Of a DNA stretch of 64,000 nt, positions 1 through 11,129 are shown piece by piece. Within the stretch, counting starts at the first letter, position 1. Every line of letters starts with the position of its first letter. The position numbers were made by a program, and so were the translations under genes. This stretch comes from Octopus sinensis (Eukaryota). The stretch covers positions 57,536,001 to 57,600,000 of the forward strand of contig NC_043002.1 of assembly GCF_006345805.1 (NCBI RefSeq), in the 5' to 3' direction. A model generated the notes under the pieces. It ran no database searches, had not been told where the DNA came from, and was given only the letters and a program-made list of their open reading frames with translations.

Positions 1-380
1 CTTATTTGCAAAAAAAAAAAAAAAAAAAAAGAAATATAAAATGTGACTTCATTGACCGAGGTTACCGTGGTCTTTTCCGCAGGCTTTTCTTTCCACGGGT
101 AAACCTCACCTGTCCTCCCCTTTACACTTCATATTGACATTTCTGTGATAACGATCCCTATTGATCATTTTTTTTTCCTCTCCCCCCCTTTTTTTTTTTT
201 ATTTTTTTTTTTAACCCCCCTTATTTTTGTCCTCTTTCTCTCCTTTTACGATCCCTTTTGATCGAACCTCCCCCTTCCCTTTTTTTTTTTTTTTTTTTTT
301 TTTTAATACCTTCAAAAGAAAAGCTCTACCTTGTAATTTGTTCTATCTGTGTGCAGCCCTGTGTGGCTAATAAAGAAACA
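1..380 (+). mobile_element. 3' UTR and terminus of Tx1-like LINE (copy A; element continues left of the window)
   Basis: Near-identical, outside homopolymers, to 60339-60716, the 3' UTR of the ORF2-bearing copy. Ends AGCCCTGTGTGGCT-AATAAA(369-374)-GAAACA and runs into (TATC)n. Confidence 0.92.
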
Positions 381-482
381 TATCTATCTATCTATCTATC
401 TATCTGCCTGTCTGCCTGCCTGCCTGTCTATCTATCTTTTTGTCTGCCTATCTATCTACCTATCTATCTATATATCTGTATG

Positions 483-542
<60 letters not shown>

Positions 543-560
543 GCTAGCTAGCTAGCTATC
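381..560. repeat. (TATC)n compound microsatellite with TGCC/TAGC variants
   Basis: Direct reading; lies between Tx1 copies A and B. Confidence 0.95.
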
Positions 561-1080
561 TGACGTTCTCGGGCAGAATCTGGGCGTCAACGAGGAACAG
601 CTGATCCGCCCTTCGGGACAACTTTCGGGCCGGGACCTATGGACAATCACCCGAGATCCTTGGCCTGACAGCGTTATCGAGAAGCATTACCTATTCGGGA
701 TAAGCTCTACAGGCACGGTTCGAGACACATCGGACCGACTTGCCCGAGATGCGGTTAGAACAACGAAGCCGTTCTTCACGCAATCGTGCAGTGTCCAACC
801 ATTTCGGACCTGTGGGCTTATGCCGAACAGTTGCTGTCACGTGTGGGACGAGTCCTCCTGTCAGCCGAGTCTATCGTGACAATTGCTCCGCCAGCTTCCC
901 TCAACCGGGAAGACAAGGCAGTCTTCACCCTACTGGTGACCATGGTGAAAGAATGTGTGTGGTGAACTCGAGGGAAAAGATTAGAGACGAACACTTACCT
1001 CTCTGGCCAATCGCTCAACAACTTTTTCAAGTACCACTTGAAAAGGAAGGTGAGAATGGAGAGGCAGTTTTTGTCTCGTG
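561..1080 (+). mobile_element. Diverged Tx1-like LINE ORF2 C-terminal fragment (copy B)
   Basis: Colinear with about 59715-60230 (gataagctctacaggcacgg, tgcccgagatgc, gtaccacttgaaaaggaa) but with many substitutions. Begins right after (TATC/TAGC)n; truncated at about 1080. Confidence 0.88.
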
Positions 1081-1212
1081 AAACCAAATATATGGTACCC
1101 TAGGCATAACACCAACATAAACTTCGAACTTGTCTCTTGAGGATATCTGGATGAGGCTTAGAGCAAACTTGTACAAATGCAAAACATAAGTCAAACATAA
1201 AATAATAATAAC

Positions 1213-1427
1213 CCTTTCTACTGGAGGCATAAGGCCTCAAATTTGTGGGGAGGAGACTAGTTAATTTCATCGATCCCAGTTTTACACTGGTGCTTAATTT
1301 ATCGATCTCGAAAGGATAAAAGGTAAAGTCGACCTCGGCGGAAATTGATCTCAGGTGGTCATGAAGACGGACGAAATACCGATAAGCATTTCGCCTGGCG
1401 TGCTAACGATTCTGCCAACTCGCCACC
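1213..1427 (-). mobile_element. tRNA-derived SINE, family A, tail type 2
   Basis: Reverse complement has a GGCGAGTTGGCAGAATCG head, the core gtcgactttaccttttatcctttcgagatcgataaatt, and the tail aggccttatgcctccagtagaaagg. Homologous to 4051-4460. Confidence 0.85.
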
Positions 1428-1504
<77 letters not shown>

Positions 1505-1505
1505 C
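1428..1505. repeat. (TAA)n microsatellite
   Basis: Direct reading. Confidence 0.95.
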
Positions 1506-1611
1506 TTTATCCACATCTCTTATCCTTCACTCGCCCCAGGACGCTGGGTGTTACACGGCAAGTGACTGTAACAAAGCTGCAGATTAAAAATAATAATAGG
1601 AATAATAATTA

Positions 1612-1826
1612 TCATTCCTATTATATGCACAAGGTTTGAAATTTGCGGGAGAGGGAATAGTCGATTACACCGACCCCAGTACTCCCCTGGTACTTAATTT
1701 ATCAAACATCGAAAGGATGAAAGGCAAAGCCGACCTCTGCGGAATTTGAACTCGGAATGTAGCGACCGACGAAATAGCGCTAAGCATTTCGCCTGGTGTG
1801 CTAAAGATTCTGCCATTTCGCCGCCT
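1612..1826 (-). mobile_element. tRNA-derived SINE, family A
   Basis: aatttatcaaacatcgaaaggatgaaaggcaaagccgacctctgcggaatttgaactc matches the other family A copies. Confidence 0.85.
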
Positions 1827-1857
1827 TAATAACAATTGTACTACTACTACTACTACA

Positions 1858-1927
<70 letters not shown>

Positions 1928-2269
1928 ATAATAATAATAATGCTTTCGTTTCATTCTTTTGTTTTTCGTATTTTTGTTCTTCTTTCAAATATTTTATTGT
2001 TTTCTTTCATCCTGATTTCGATGCGAGATTAAAGGAAAAAGTTTTTAATGTATTAAAACTCATTTTATTTGTTTTTGTTTTGCATTTTTCTTCGATTTGT
2101 TCGTTTTGTTTCTCGTTTGTCGTCTTTTCCTTCGCCATATTCCCTTCTAGATGGTTCCTAATTTTTCTTCACTTTGATTTCAGCACGCCATCCATTTACT
2201 CTTGTCATTTTTCTGCACACTTAACATCAATCACAATGATGCCGGCATTTGTGTCTTGGACAATGCTCT

Positions 2270-2392
2270 CTTAGTCATCATCATCCTCACCACTATCATC
2301 ATCATCACCATCACGATCACCATCCTCAACATCATCATCACCATCATCATCATCATCATCATCATCACCACCACCACCACCACCACCACCAT

Positions 2393-2442
<50 letters not shown>

Positions 2443-2456
2443 CAATCATCATCATC

Positions 2457-2513
<57 letters not shown>

Positions 2514-3047
2514 AGCACCACCACCACCACCACCACCACCACCACCACAAGTACCAGCACCAACATCAGCAGCAGCAGCACCACCGCCACCACCACCTTT
2601 GTCGATGTCGGTGTCTCCGTCATCTTCGTCGTCGTGGTCATCTTCACCATCATCGTCAGTATCAGCATCACCAGCATCTGCAGCAGTAGCAATAGCGTCG
2701 TCATCAAAAACTCCATCTCCTCATCATCATATTGGTAGTGGTGCTTGTGGCGGTGGTGGTGGTTGTCGTCGTTCTCGTCGAAGTCATCGAAGTCATCACG
2801 GCTGACATTATCAATGCAGTCGTCGCCCTCCCCGTCGTAGTCGTAGTCGTCGACGTCCTCCTCTTTTGATCATCATCATCATTATCATCATCATCATCAT
2901 CATCATCTTCATCATCATCATCATCTACAGCAGCAGCAACAGCAGCATTAGCAGCATTAGCATTGGCAGCAGCATCGCCGCTATCATCGTCATCATCATC
3001 ATCATCAACATCATCATCATCATCATCATTAACATCATCATCATCAA

Positions 3048-3098
<51 letters not shown>
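2270..3098. repeat. Compound trinucleotide tract (ATC/ACC/AGC/GTC)n
   Basis: Direct reading; source of the poly-H/I/M/T ORFs in the track. Confidence 0.95.
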
Positions 3099-3480
3099 TG
3101 TCCTCAAAGGCCGAGATGAGAGCATCTAGGAATAGGAACTAAATTCCCTCTATTCTAAAAAACAAAAGGAAAAATAGAAATATTAGGTAAAATAGGCAAT
3201 AAATTATACTAAAATATATAAAGAGGTAAAAGTCACAGTTGGAAAGGCTATGATTAATGACCTGTTTAACAAATGCAAAGTGGGGAAAAAGGAAACATCA
3301 GTCCAGTACTGAGATCAAGCGTTCTCTGTAGATCTTTCCACCATTTTCTCTTTCTCCATCCGGAAGAAATTGGCTCTGGCCATACATAGAAAGCGAAACG
3401 CTCCCCCAGACTGAATCCCTGGAGAGACACCAATAAGCAAGATTCCATCGTCACGACAGGGTTCACAGCTCAAGGCATGG
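3099..3480 (-). mobile_element. Possible 3' end of another L1/Tx1-like LINE ending in (GAT)n
   Basis: Minus frame ...ARANFFRMEKEKMVER... weakly resembles the Tx1 ORF2 end INFFKYHLKRKVRVER. Followed by a UTR-like stretch and then the (GAT)n tract. Confidence 0.3.
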
Positions 3481-4050
3481 CATATACATGTGTGTACGAA
3501 TATGTGCGTATCTATGTGTATGTGTGTATGTATGTATAGATGCATTTTGTATTTTTTGTATGTCTGTATAGATGTGTACATGCATTCATTCATACATGAA
3601 TGAATGCATTACGCATGTATGTATGTTTATGTATGCGTATGTGTACATGTACGCAGGTGTATGTGTGCACGTGTGCATGTATGTATATGCATATGTATGT
3701 ATGTACGTACGTACATGCGCACGCACGAATGCATATATGCATACACGCATATTTGAACGTATGTTTGTATGAGTCATAGTCGCAATCAGTATGACAATTG
3801 GCGATGATGTTGAATCTTTAACTAAACTTTAACCTTCTGCATCTACCCAATTTCGCTCCCACAGTACAGATCGGTCCCAGGATAGAAAAAACTGATAGCC
3901 GCTAGCAGGATCGAAGCAGAGACATTCTTAATGCGATGCAAACTTCTTAACTATATGGCCATACTTCATCTCTCACAAACGAAAAGATTCTCCCGTCTAT
4001 GTCATATTTTGATTTTAACGGAATTTTGATTTTAATATTTCAACTGTTTC

Positions 4051-4460
4051 AGGCGGCGAGCTGGCAGAAACGTTAGCACGCCGGGCGAAATGCTTAGCGG
4101 TATTTCGTCTGTTGTTACGTTCTGAGTTCAAATTCCGCCGAGGTCGACTTTGCCTTTCATCCTTTCGGGGTCAATTAAATAAGTACCAGTTAATATAATC
4201 GACTTAATCCGTTTGTCTGTCCTTGTTTGTCCCCTCTGTGTTTAGCCCCTTGTGGGTAGTAAAGAAATAGGTATTTCGTCTGTCTTTACGTTCTGAGTTC
4301 AAATTCCGCCGAGGTCGAGTTTGCCTTTCATCCTTTCGGGGTCGATAAATTAAGTCCCAGTTTCGTACTGGGGTCGATCTAATCGGATGGCCTCCTCCCC
4401 AAAATTTCATCCTTTCGGGGTCGATTAAATAAATACCAGTTACGAGAGTAGAAAAGAATA
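4051..4460 (+). mobile_element. tRNA-derived SINE, family A, composite dimer (tail 1 then tail 2)
   Basis: A-box-like TGGCAGAAACG and B-box-like GAGTTCAAATTCC, core gtcgactttgcctttcatcctttcggggtc, tail 1 ending agccccttgtgggtagtaaagaaata (4269). A second body starts at ggtatttcgtc and ends gagtagaaaagaata. Confidence 0.88.
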
Positions 4461-4528
4461 TTTCAACTGTTTCTTCTGATGTTAAGGATAAGTCATCGCA
4501 TTTAAATAAATAAATGATATATATATAC

Positions 4529-5201
4529 AAAATAGTCTACATTTAAACACAAGAGAAAACTACCTCCTAAAAATCAAAATAGACAATAAAACAACATCAA
4601 TAATAAATAGCATAAACCTGGCCGTCACGGAACTAATAGCTACAGAAACAAATGGCAATATCACTGAGCTAAATGACATAATATATGCAGCAGCCACTGC
4701 AGCCATAAAAGATGCTGGATACTCCCTCAAACCCATCCAGGCAGGAGTACCACCACCCAAGCAAACCCTGTGGATAAATAATATCCAAGAAGAATAGAAA
4801 AAAGAGAAAACATCTGTCAATTCTTAACGAAATTAGCATTTTATTGTCTATTTTGATTTTATGGTTTTCAGGTCTTTGATTATTCTCATTTTTATAGTAT
4901 CATAACCATTAGGTTCCCCTTTGCTGTTTCCAGGTTTTAGATTTGTTTCGCCTTCCTTCTCATTCATATGTTTGTCTGTGGTGTTCTGGATTGGTGCTTT
5001 TTGTACATTATTATACATGCCTACGGTATGGGTTTCTTGTCTTTTGGCTCCATGCGATGTTTTCATTTCCGATGTTTTTGGATAAATTTCGGAGCAGTGT
5101 TTTATCGGTCTTACATGTTAAAGTCCCCTGTGTCATCTCCTTAAACGTCCCCTGTGTCATCTCTTAAACGTCCCCGGTATCATCTCTTAAACGTCCCCGG
5201 T

Positions 5202-5202
<1 letters not shown>
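4529..5202. mobile_element. 5' region of R4/Dong-like RLE LINE, internally inverted
   Basis: Plus 4529-4838 translates ...NITELNDIIYAAATAA...PPPKQTLWINNIQ..., an R4-clade N-terminal pattern. Minus 5202-4839 is the apparent upstream part, with a 23-bp tandem repeat (5118-5202) abutting (TAA)n. Confidence 0.6.
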
Positions 5203-5267
<65 letters not shown>

Positions 5268-5270
5268 TAT

Positions 5271-5682
5271 TGAGTGGGAGAGCAGTCCATGTCATCAAAG
5301 TGATACGGGGGTACATCTATACGAAGCCCGATATACCAGTCATAACTACCCGTCTGATAGAGGTATACCAGACACATGCATCACAACCATATGTGCGCGA
5401 CATGGTGGTCTCAACAAGATTAACAGTGCATGATCTCTCAGGTGGGGCCCAGTTAGAATTTCTTCAAGTCGAGTAGCCTATCCTGCTGAAAAGGACCTTG
5501 AATAAGGGTTACCTAAGGATGTTGAACGAAACACCCATATTCACAGAGGTGAAGCTACCTCACTACTTCTGCTCGTGATCAGAGTTGCACATATCATCAG
5601 CCACTAAGGGACATGCTCAACTGTTTAAGGACAAACAGCTGACAAGCAAATCTATGGTACCGAGCAGAATATTTTCTGTAGC
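5271..5682. mobile_element. Unclassified non-coding interspersed repeat embedded in (TTA)n
   Basis: About 410 bp of complex sequence with (TTA)n on both sides (5203-5270, 5683-5784). I recall it as an octopus repeat; not verified. Confidence 0.4.
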
Positions 5683-5752
<70 letters not shown>

Positions 5753-5784
5753 GTTATTATTATCATTATTATTATTATCATCAT

Positions 5785-6202
5785 TGCCTTTGCACAGCTT
5801 CTAACGCTGGAGATATACTACGGTGTCAGCTGTTCACTACCAGTGAACTTAGGTAACACCTCTTATTTTTCGAGCACCTTCCGGAGTATTCGAGCGGTTC
5901 CAAGCAGTTCTGTTTTCTGCAAGTGCTCCACCCTTATTGCAGCCCCTATTTGTTCCACGTACTTCTCAAGATTTTTGCTTACTGTTCCCAAGGCTCCGAC
6001 AATTATTGGTACTACAACTGCCTTTTTCATCGACCACAACTGCTTAACTTCCCAAGCTAACCTGTCATATCTCTCAACTTTTCTTTCTTCCTAATCTTAT
6101 ACCTGGGCATGCTATATCTATGTTCCAGCATAGTTTGTTTTCTTTATCAATTAAGACTATGTCCTGCTTCCTATTCTCTATCTCATTGTCGCACTGAATG
6201 AT
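5785..6202 (-). mobile_element. 3' fragment of R4-clade RLE LINE (second family)
   Basis: Minus translation: DIVLIDKENKLCWNIDIACP ... KEKVERYDRLAWEVKQLW..KAVVVPIIVGALG..LQKTELLGTARILRKVLEK*. This is the PD-(D/E)xK restriction-like endonuclease end, followed by a (TAA)n tail. Confidence 0.85.
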
Positions 6203-6204
6203 AA

Positions 6205-6240
<36 letters not shown>

Positions 6241-6295
6241 TATTATTATTAATATTATCATTAATATTATCATTATTATTATCATTATTATTATT

Positions 6296-6620
6296 CAGTA
6301 GTCTTATTTTTTATTACGTGCTTTCATTGCACTAACGAGCGCAGCTCTGTGTGCCTTTGGCATGTGCTGTAGTTTGTTGTGATGCTCTTATTGTTACTGT
6401 ATTGAAAGTGTTTTACGTAGGATGTGTGCGGTGCCTAGTAGTGCTTTTTTCTGTGTGTTATATATAGTTCTGGGTTTTTGTTATGTATTTGAATATTTTT
6501 TTATCATACATATGATGGGAATTGTTTTTGTTTTCAGACTCCGCATTCAAGTTGCCTCTATTTCCAGATCTTTGTATATTGAAAGTTTCTCCGTTTCTTT
6601 TAAAGAAATATTGTCATCTG
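6296..6620 (-). mobile_element. 3' fragment of R4/Dong-like LINE (same family as 15935-16640)
   Basis: Reverse complement agagcatcacaacaaactacagcac...gaaagcacgtaataaaaaataagactactga+(ATA)n matches 16550-16640. Confidence 0.85.
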
Positions 6621-6750
6621 TTTCATTATTATTATCATTATTCCTTCGTAACAGTGTAGGTAAAAAGTGTACCGCCGCCTTTAGTCACCTATCAAGTCAC
6701 AACAAGTATTTCAGACAGATAATACTTTCTTCAAGATGTGCGCTGGGCCC

Positions 6751-6822
<72 letters not shown>

Positions 6823-7582
6823 GCGTCCCAAACACTAATTTGTGTAAAAACCCTCAACTGGATTCTAACTTGTTTGAAGGGCCGGGTATATATAAACTGA
6901 TGGAACTACAGTGTATTAGGCTGCATGAATTTACAATGATGCAAGTTTCTATATCACTGAACCACTTGATAACTGGTAAACAATTATTCCACACTGAAAA
7001 CAGAAATAACATCCCTAATACTGAAAATAATGGAATCTAAAATAGTTCTAATGATATTTCTAATCTGTTGCAACATATCTCGGAAATTTATGAATTTCTA
7101 ACAAACTTGTGATCTTTGAAAGTTATGTAAGATTTATATGATGCAATCTAATATTTAAGTGGATCGTAAATTAATAGAAGAATAAATGCTTTTACAACCA
7201 GCATAAGAAGAATAAAGAGGAATTTCTCCATAACATTTTCTAAACTTTTGTTTATTAAGCTGATTTGTACTGAAAATAGGAAAGCATCACGAGTTTCTGC
7301 ATATGAGCAATACACTAGAACTAAAAAGATGATTATTCAGCTAGTTTACTGACGGTTGTCGCTAATCGAATTTCGATGATAAATAATATTGCCATTTCCA
7401 TGAATATTTTCTGTACGTATTATTATGCTGATTCCTCAATTCAGTTGTTTGAACTATCGACAGCATAAAACTCAGAGTTATTTAAAAAGCTCTAGATTCT
7501 TAATAACTGTAGAAGAAATTCTTGTTTATGTAGTAATTCATCTTCGTTGTATATACAAGACTTTAACAACACACAACATAAG

Positions 7583-7647
<65 letters not shown>

Positions 7648-7673
7648 GTGTGTTTGTGTGTATGTATGTGTGT

Positions 7674-8054
7674 GTGGAGGTGCAATGGCCCTGTGATTAG
7701 GGAAGCAGACTCGCGGTCCTGGGATCGTGGTTTCGATTCACAGACCGGGCTATGTGAGTGTTTATTAAGCGGAAACACCTAAAGGTCCACGAGGCCCCGG
7801 TAGGGGGGTGGGTGGGTGGTAACCCTGCTGCACTCTTTCACCACAACTTTCTCTCACTCTTTTTTCCTGTTTCTTTGTACCTGTATTTCAGAGACCTGCC
7901 TTCTCACACACTGTCTCGCTGAATCTCCCCGAGAACAACGTTAAGGGTACACGTGTCTGTGGAGTTCTCACCCATTTACACTTTAATTTCACGAGCAGGC
8001 TGTTCCGTTGATCGGGTCAACATGGACCCTCGTCGTCGTAACCGACGGAGTTCC

Positions 8055-8058
<4 letters not shown>
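7674..8058 (+). mobile_element. tRNA-derived SINE, family C
   Basis: Head with GGTTTCGATTC B-box-like motif; 3' end ctcgtcgtcgtaaccgacggag is shared with 26385-26715. Confidence 0.75.
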
Positions 8059-8093
<35 letters not shown>

Positions 8094-8122
8094 TAGGTTG
8101 TCAAGATATATATATATATATA

Positions 8123-8928
8123 TTAGGTTGTCAAGAAAGTTCCTGCAGAATTTTAAATTTTGGTTTTAAATTATGTATTTTCAAATTAATTTTCGTTAAT
8201 TTACTTTGATTTTATATATCATTTTAAAGCCCGTTTTTTGCTCTATCTAATTGTGTTACTCTTTTTCTTTTTGAATAATTAGGCCATTTTTCCGGAACGT
8301 TGAATACAACATGGATAAAAAGCAAATTCGCACAATTTTCTTATTCCAGTTCAAGCTAAGCCGAAAAGCTGCTGAAACAGCTCACGATATCAACGATGCG
8401 TTTGGCCCAGGAACCTCTAATGAACGTACAGCAGAATGGTGGTTCAAGAAATTTTGTAGCGGTGATGAGAGTCTTAAAGATAATAAGCATAGTGAGCGGC
8501 ATCGGATGTTGACATCTACGCACAACTGTTCGAGAGCTTTCTTCTGAATTAGACGTAACGTTACGACAATTTCATCCACTTGAAAGTGATTGGAAAAACA
8601 AAAATACCTGAGAAATGAGGGCCGCACGAATTGAACGACAACCAAAAAAACGCCGTTTTAAAGCGTCGTTTTCCGTTCTTTTACGCAACAAGAACGACTC
8701 GATTCGCGACTGGATTGTGACCTGCGATGAAAAGTGGGTTCTTTACGACAACCGGCGACGCTTAGATTAGTGGTTGGACGCCGACGAAGTTCCACAGCAC
8801 ATCCCGAAGCCAAAGTTGCACCAAAAGGTCATGGTGAGTGTTTGGTGGTCTGCGGCCGGTCTCATCCATCACAGCTTTTTGGATCCAGGCGAAACCATTA
8901 CGGCGGAGAAGTACTGTCAGCAAATGGA
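8123..8928 (+). mobile_element. Mariner transposon, Hsmar1/SETMAR-like, 5' half, inactivated
   Basis: TA+TTAGGTTG TIR start. ORF from 8311 MDKKQIRTIFLFQFKLSRKAAETAHDINDAFGPG (HTH), degenerate WVPHEL, WIVTCDEKWVLYDN (first catalytic D), KVMVSVWWSAAGLIH. Frameshifts; 3' part missing. Confidence 0.9.
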
Positions 8929-8998
8929 AGTTTTGTTTGAGTCGAGATATGTGCATCTGAATTTAAAGGTTAAAAAGCGCAGGAACTTTCTTGACAAC

Positions 8999-9074
<76 letters not shown>

Positions 9075-9104
9075 GACTCATACACGTACACATACACACA
9101 CACA

Positions 9105-9255
9105 TTTGCTTTTAAAGTAGATTCCGTCGAGGTGGAATTTGCCTTTCCTACTTTCAGGGTCGATAGATTAAGTACCAGTTGCGTACAGGAGTCGATCTAA
9201 TCGACTGGCCTCGTCCCCCAAAATTTCGAGCCCTGTGCCTTGAGTAGAAAAGAAT
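9105..9255 (+). mobile_element. SINE family A, 3' part with tail 2
   Basis: ccgtcgaggtggaatttgcctttcc...gggtcgatagattaagtaccag...gagtagaaaagaata. Confidence 0.8.
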
Positions 9256-9374
9256 AATTTAAAGAAGAGTACATGTTGACAGTGATTTCGAAGTCTAGGT
9301 TTCCTCAAGTTCGTCAGTCCAACGAAAGCAAGCCGATTCTTTGACATGACACACACACACACACACACACACAC

Positions 9375-9423
<49 letters not shown>

Positions 9424-10052
9424 TACATACACACGCATACACACACACTTCACAACACATTCTGTTCATTCTCTATAAGGGATTCTGGTACGCAGGTGTT
9501 TTGACGTGTTGTGTCTTGTTAGCCTGGAGCATCCCGGGTCAATGTACTTAACAAGAGCTGTTGTTCTTGATTATAATATCAATGAAAAACTGTTCTTTGA
9601 CCCGTGTTGATATTTGCCAAACGATAATATTTCGTCATATGCATGATGAACAGTGACGATCAAATGGGCGACTTGCATATTGATTTTTTTAATACGCTCT
9701 GATAGATTCGGACTTGAGTGTGCTAAACGCTGTCGTGTTTCATCATGAGAGATCAGCTTCGCCTTTACGTCGAATATGTGTTCATATTAGCATATTCCCG
9801 ATTGAAAATGGCGGAAAGAATTGAGAATAAATAAGCAAGCTATCGTTCTCATATATATATAGGATAAAAGTTTTTTAAAGAAAAAATTTCACGACTTGTA
9901 TTTATAGAGATTGTAAAATGAAATGTGGAAATCTGTTCGCAGATAATTTTTCTTTTGCCCTTGTTTATAAGTTGCATATATGTATATACATGTATATATA
10001 TATTTATTTATATACATCATACACATATATATATGTATATAAACATATATAT

Positions 10053-11129
10053 GATGAAACCATAGCGACTGAAGAAGGGGTTTTTTCTTTGTGTTAATTG
10101 CCCTGTACTCTATTTTTTTGTTGTTTAAAAAAATGTCCAGTTCCTTTGGTTTGTGTCTATGTTTTCGTTTCTCATTATGTTCGACGTCTTTTTGGTGTCC
10201 TGTACTCATATATGCGTGTATATGTACATGTAGAGGTAGGTACGTACATATATGTTTATATATATGCATATGTTTATTTTATTTATTAATATATTATATG
10301 ACGAAACGCACGCATCCCTTTTAAGTAAGATTGTTCTTTATATCAAGTTTTGTTCTTGATATTAACTTTGATGCGCACTCTTAACCTTTCTGTCCCATCC
10401 CTTTCTCAGCCTTCATTCTTTGATTTTCTTTTTCCTCTACTTAACTTGTCTCTTCCTCTCTCTCATTCTTCACTCTCTCTCTCCGCCTCTTCATTCTTCA
10501 TGGTTTCCTCGCAACCATTCCCCTTCTTCTCTCCCTTTCTCTTGCTCCTCCTCCCCCTCCCGTCGTTGACCCGCGACGAGACTTCCGCTGCTGTCTTTCT
10601 GGCCTGGCCCTCTAAAGGTATGGACGACAATTCTTTTTGCTCCGCTCGTCGTTCATAAAAAAATCCGCGTTTGCAATACTTTTTTTCGTTCGGCGTTAAC
10701 AGCCCTCCTTATCTTGTTTTTCCTTGTCCTGTCTTTTACTGTTTATAATTTGTACTGTCGTTACTGTCCTGTTTTTGTTACCATTTTTTACCCCTCTGCG
10801 AAAAGATCTCAGAATTTTAATTGATTTGCTTTTCGCAGGAAGGAAAGTTTCTTGTCGAAGATACGTCTCGCTTTCACCTTCGAAACGTAGAGTAGATGAA
10901 ACCATAGCGACTGAAGAAGGGGTTTTTTCTTTGTGTTAATTGTCCTGTACTCTATATTTTTGTTGTTTAAAAAAATCTCCAGTTCCTTTGGTTTGTGTCT
11001 ATGTTTTCGTTTCTCACTGTGTTCGACGTCTTTTTGGTGTCCTGTACTCATATATGCGTGTATATGTACATGCAGAGGTAGGTACGTACATATATGTTTA
11101 TATATATATGCATATGTTTATTTTATTTA

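Noticed and set aside
10-30. A-run as the poly(A) tail of the LINE
   Set aside because: It is internal to the 3' UTR; about 350 further conserved nt follow in all three copies.
4051-4140. tRNA genes at SINE heads (also 25917, 31440, 38994, 47081)
   Set aside because: They have A/B-box-like motifs but no complete cloverleaf, and they continue into shared SINE bodies and tails.
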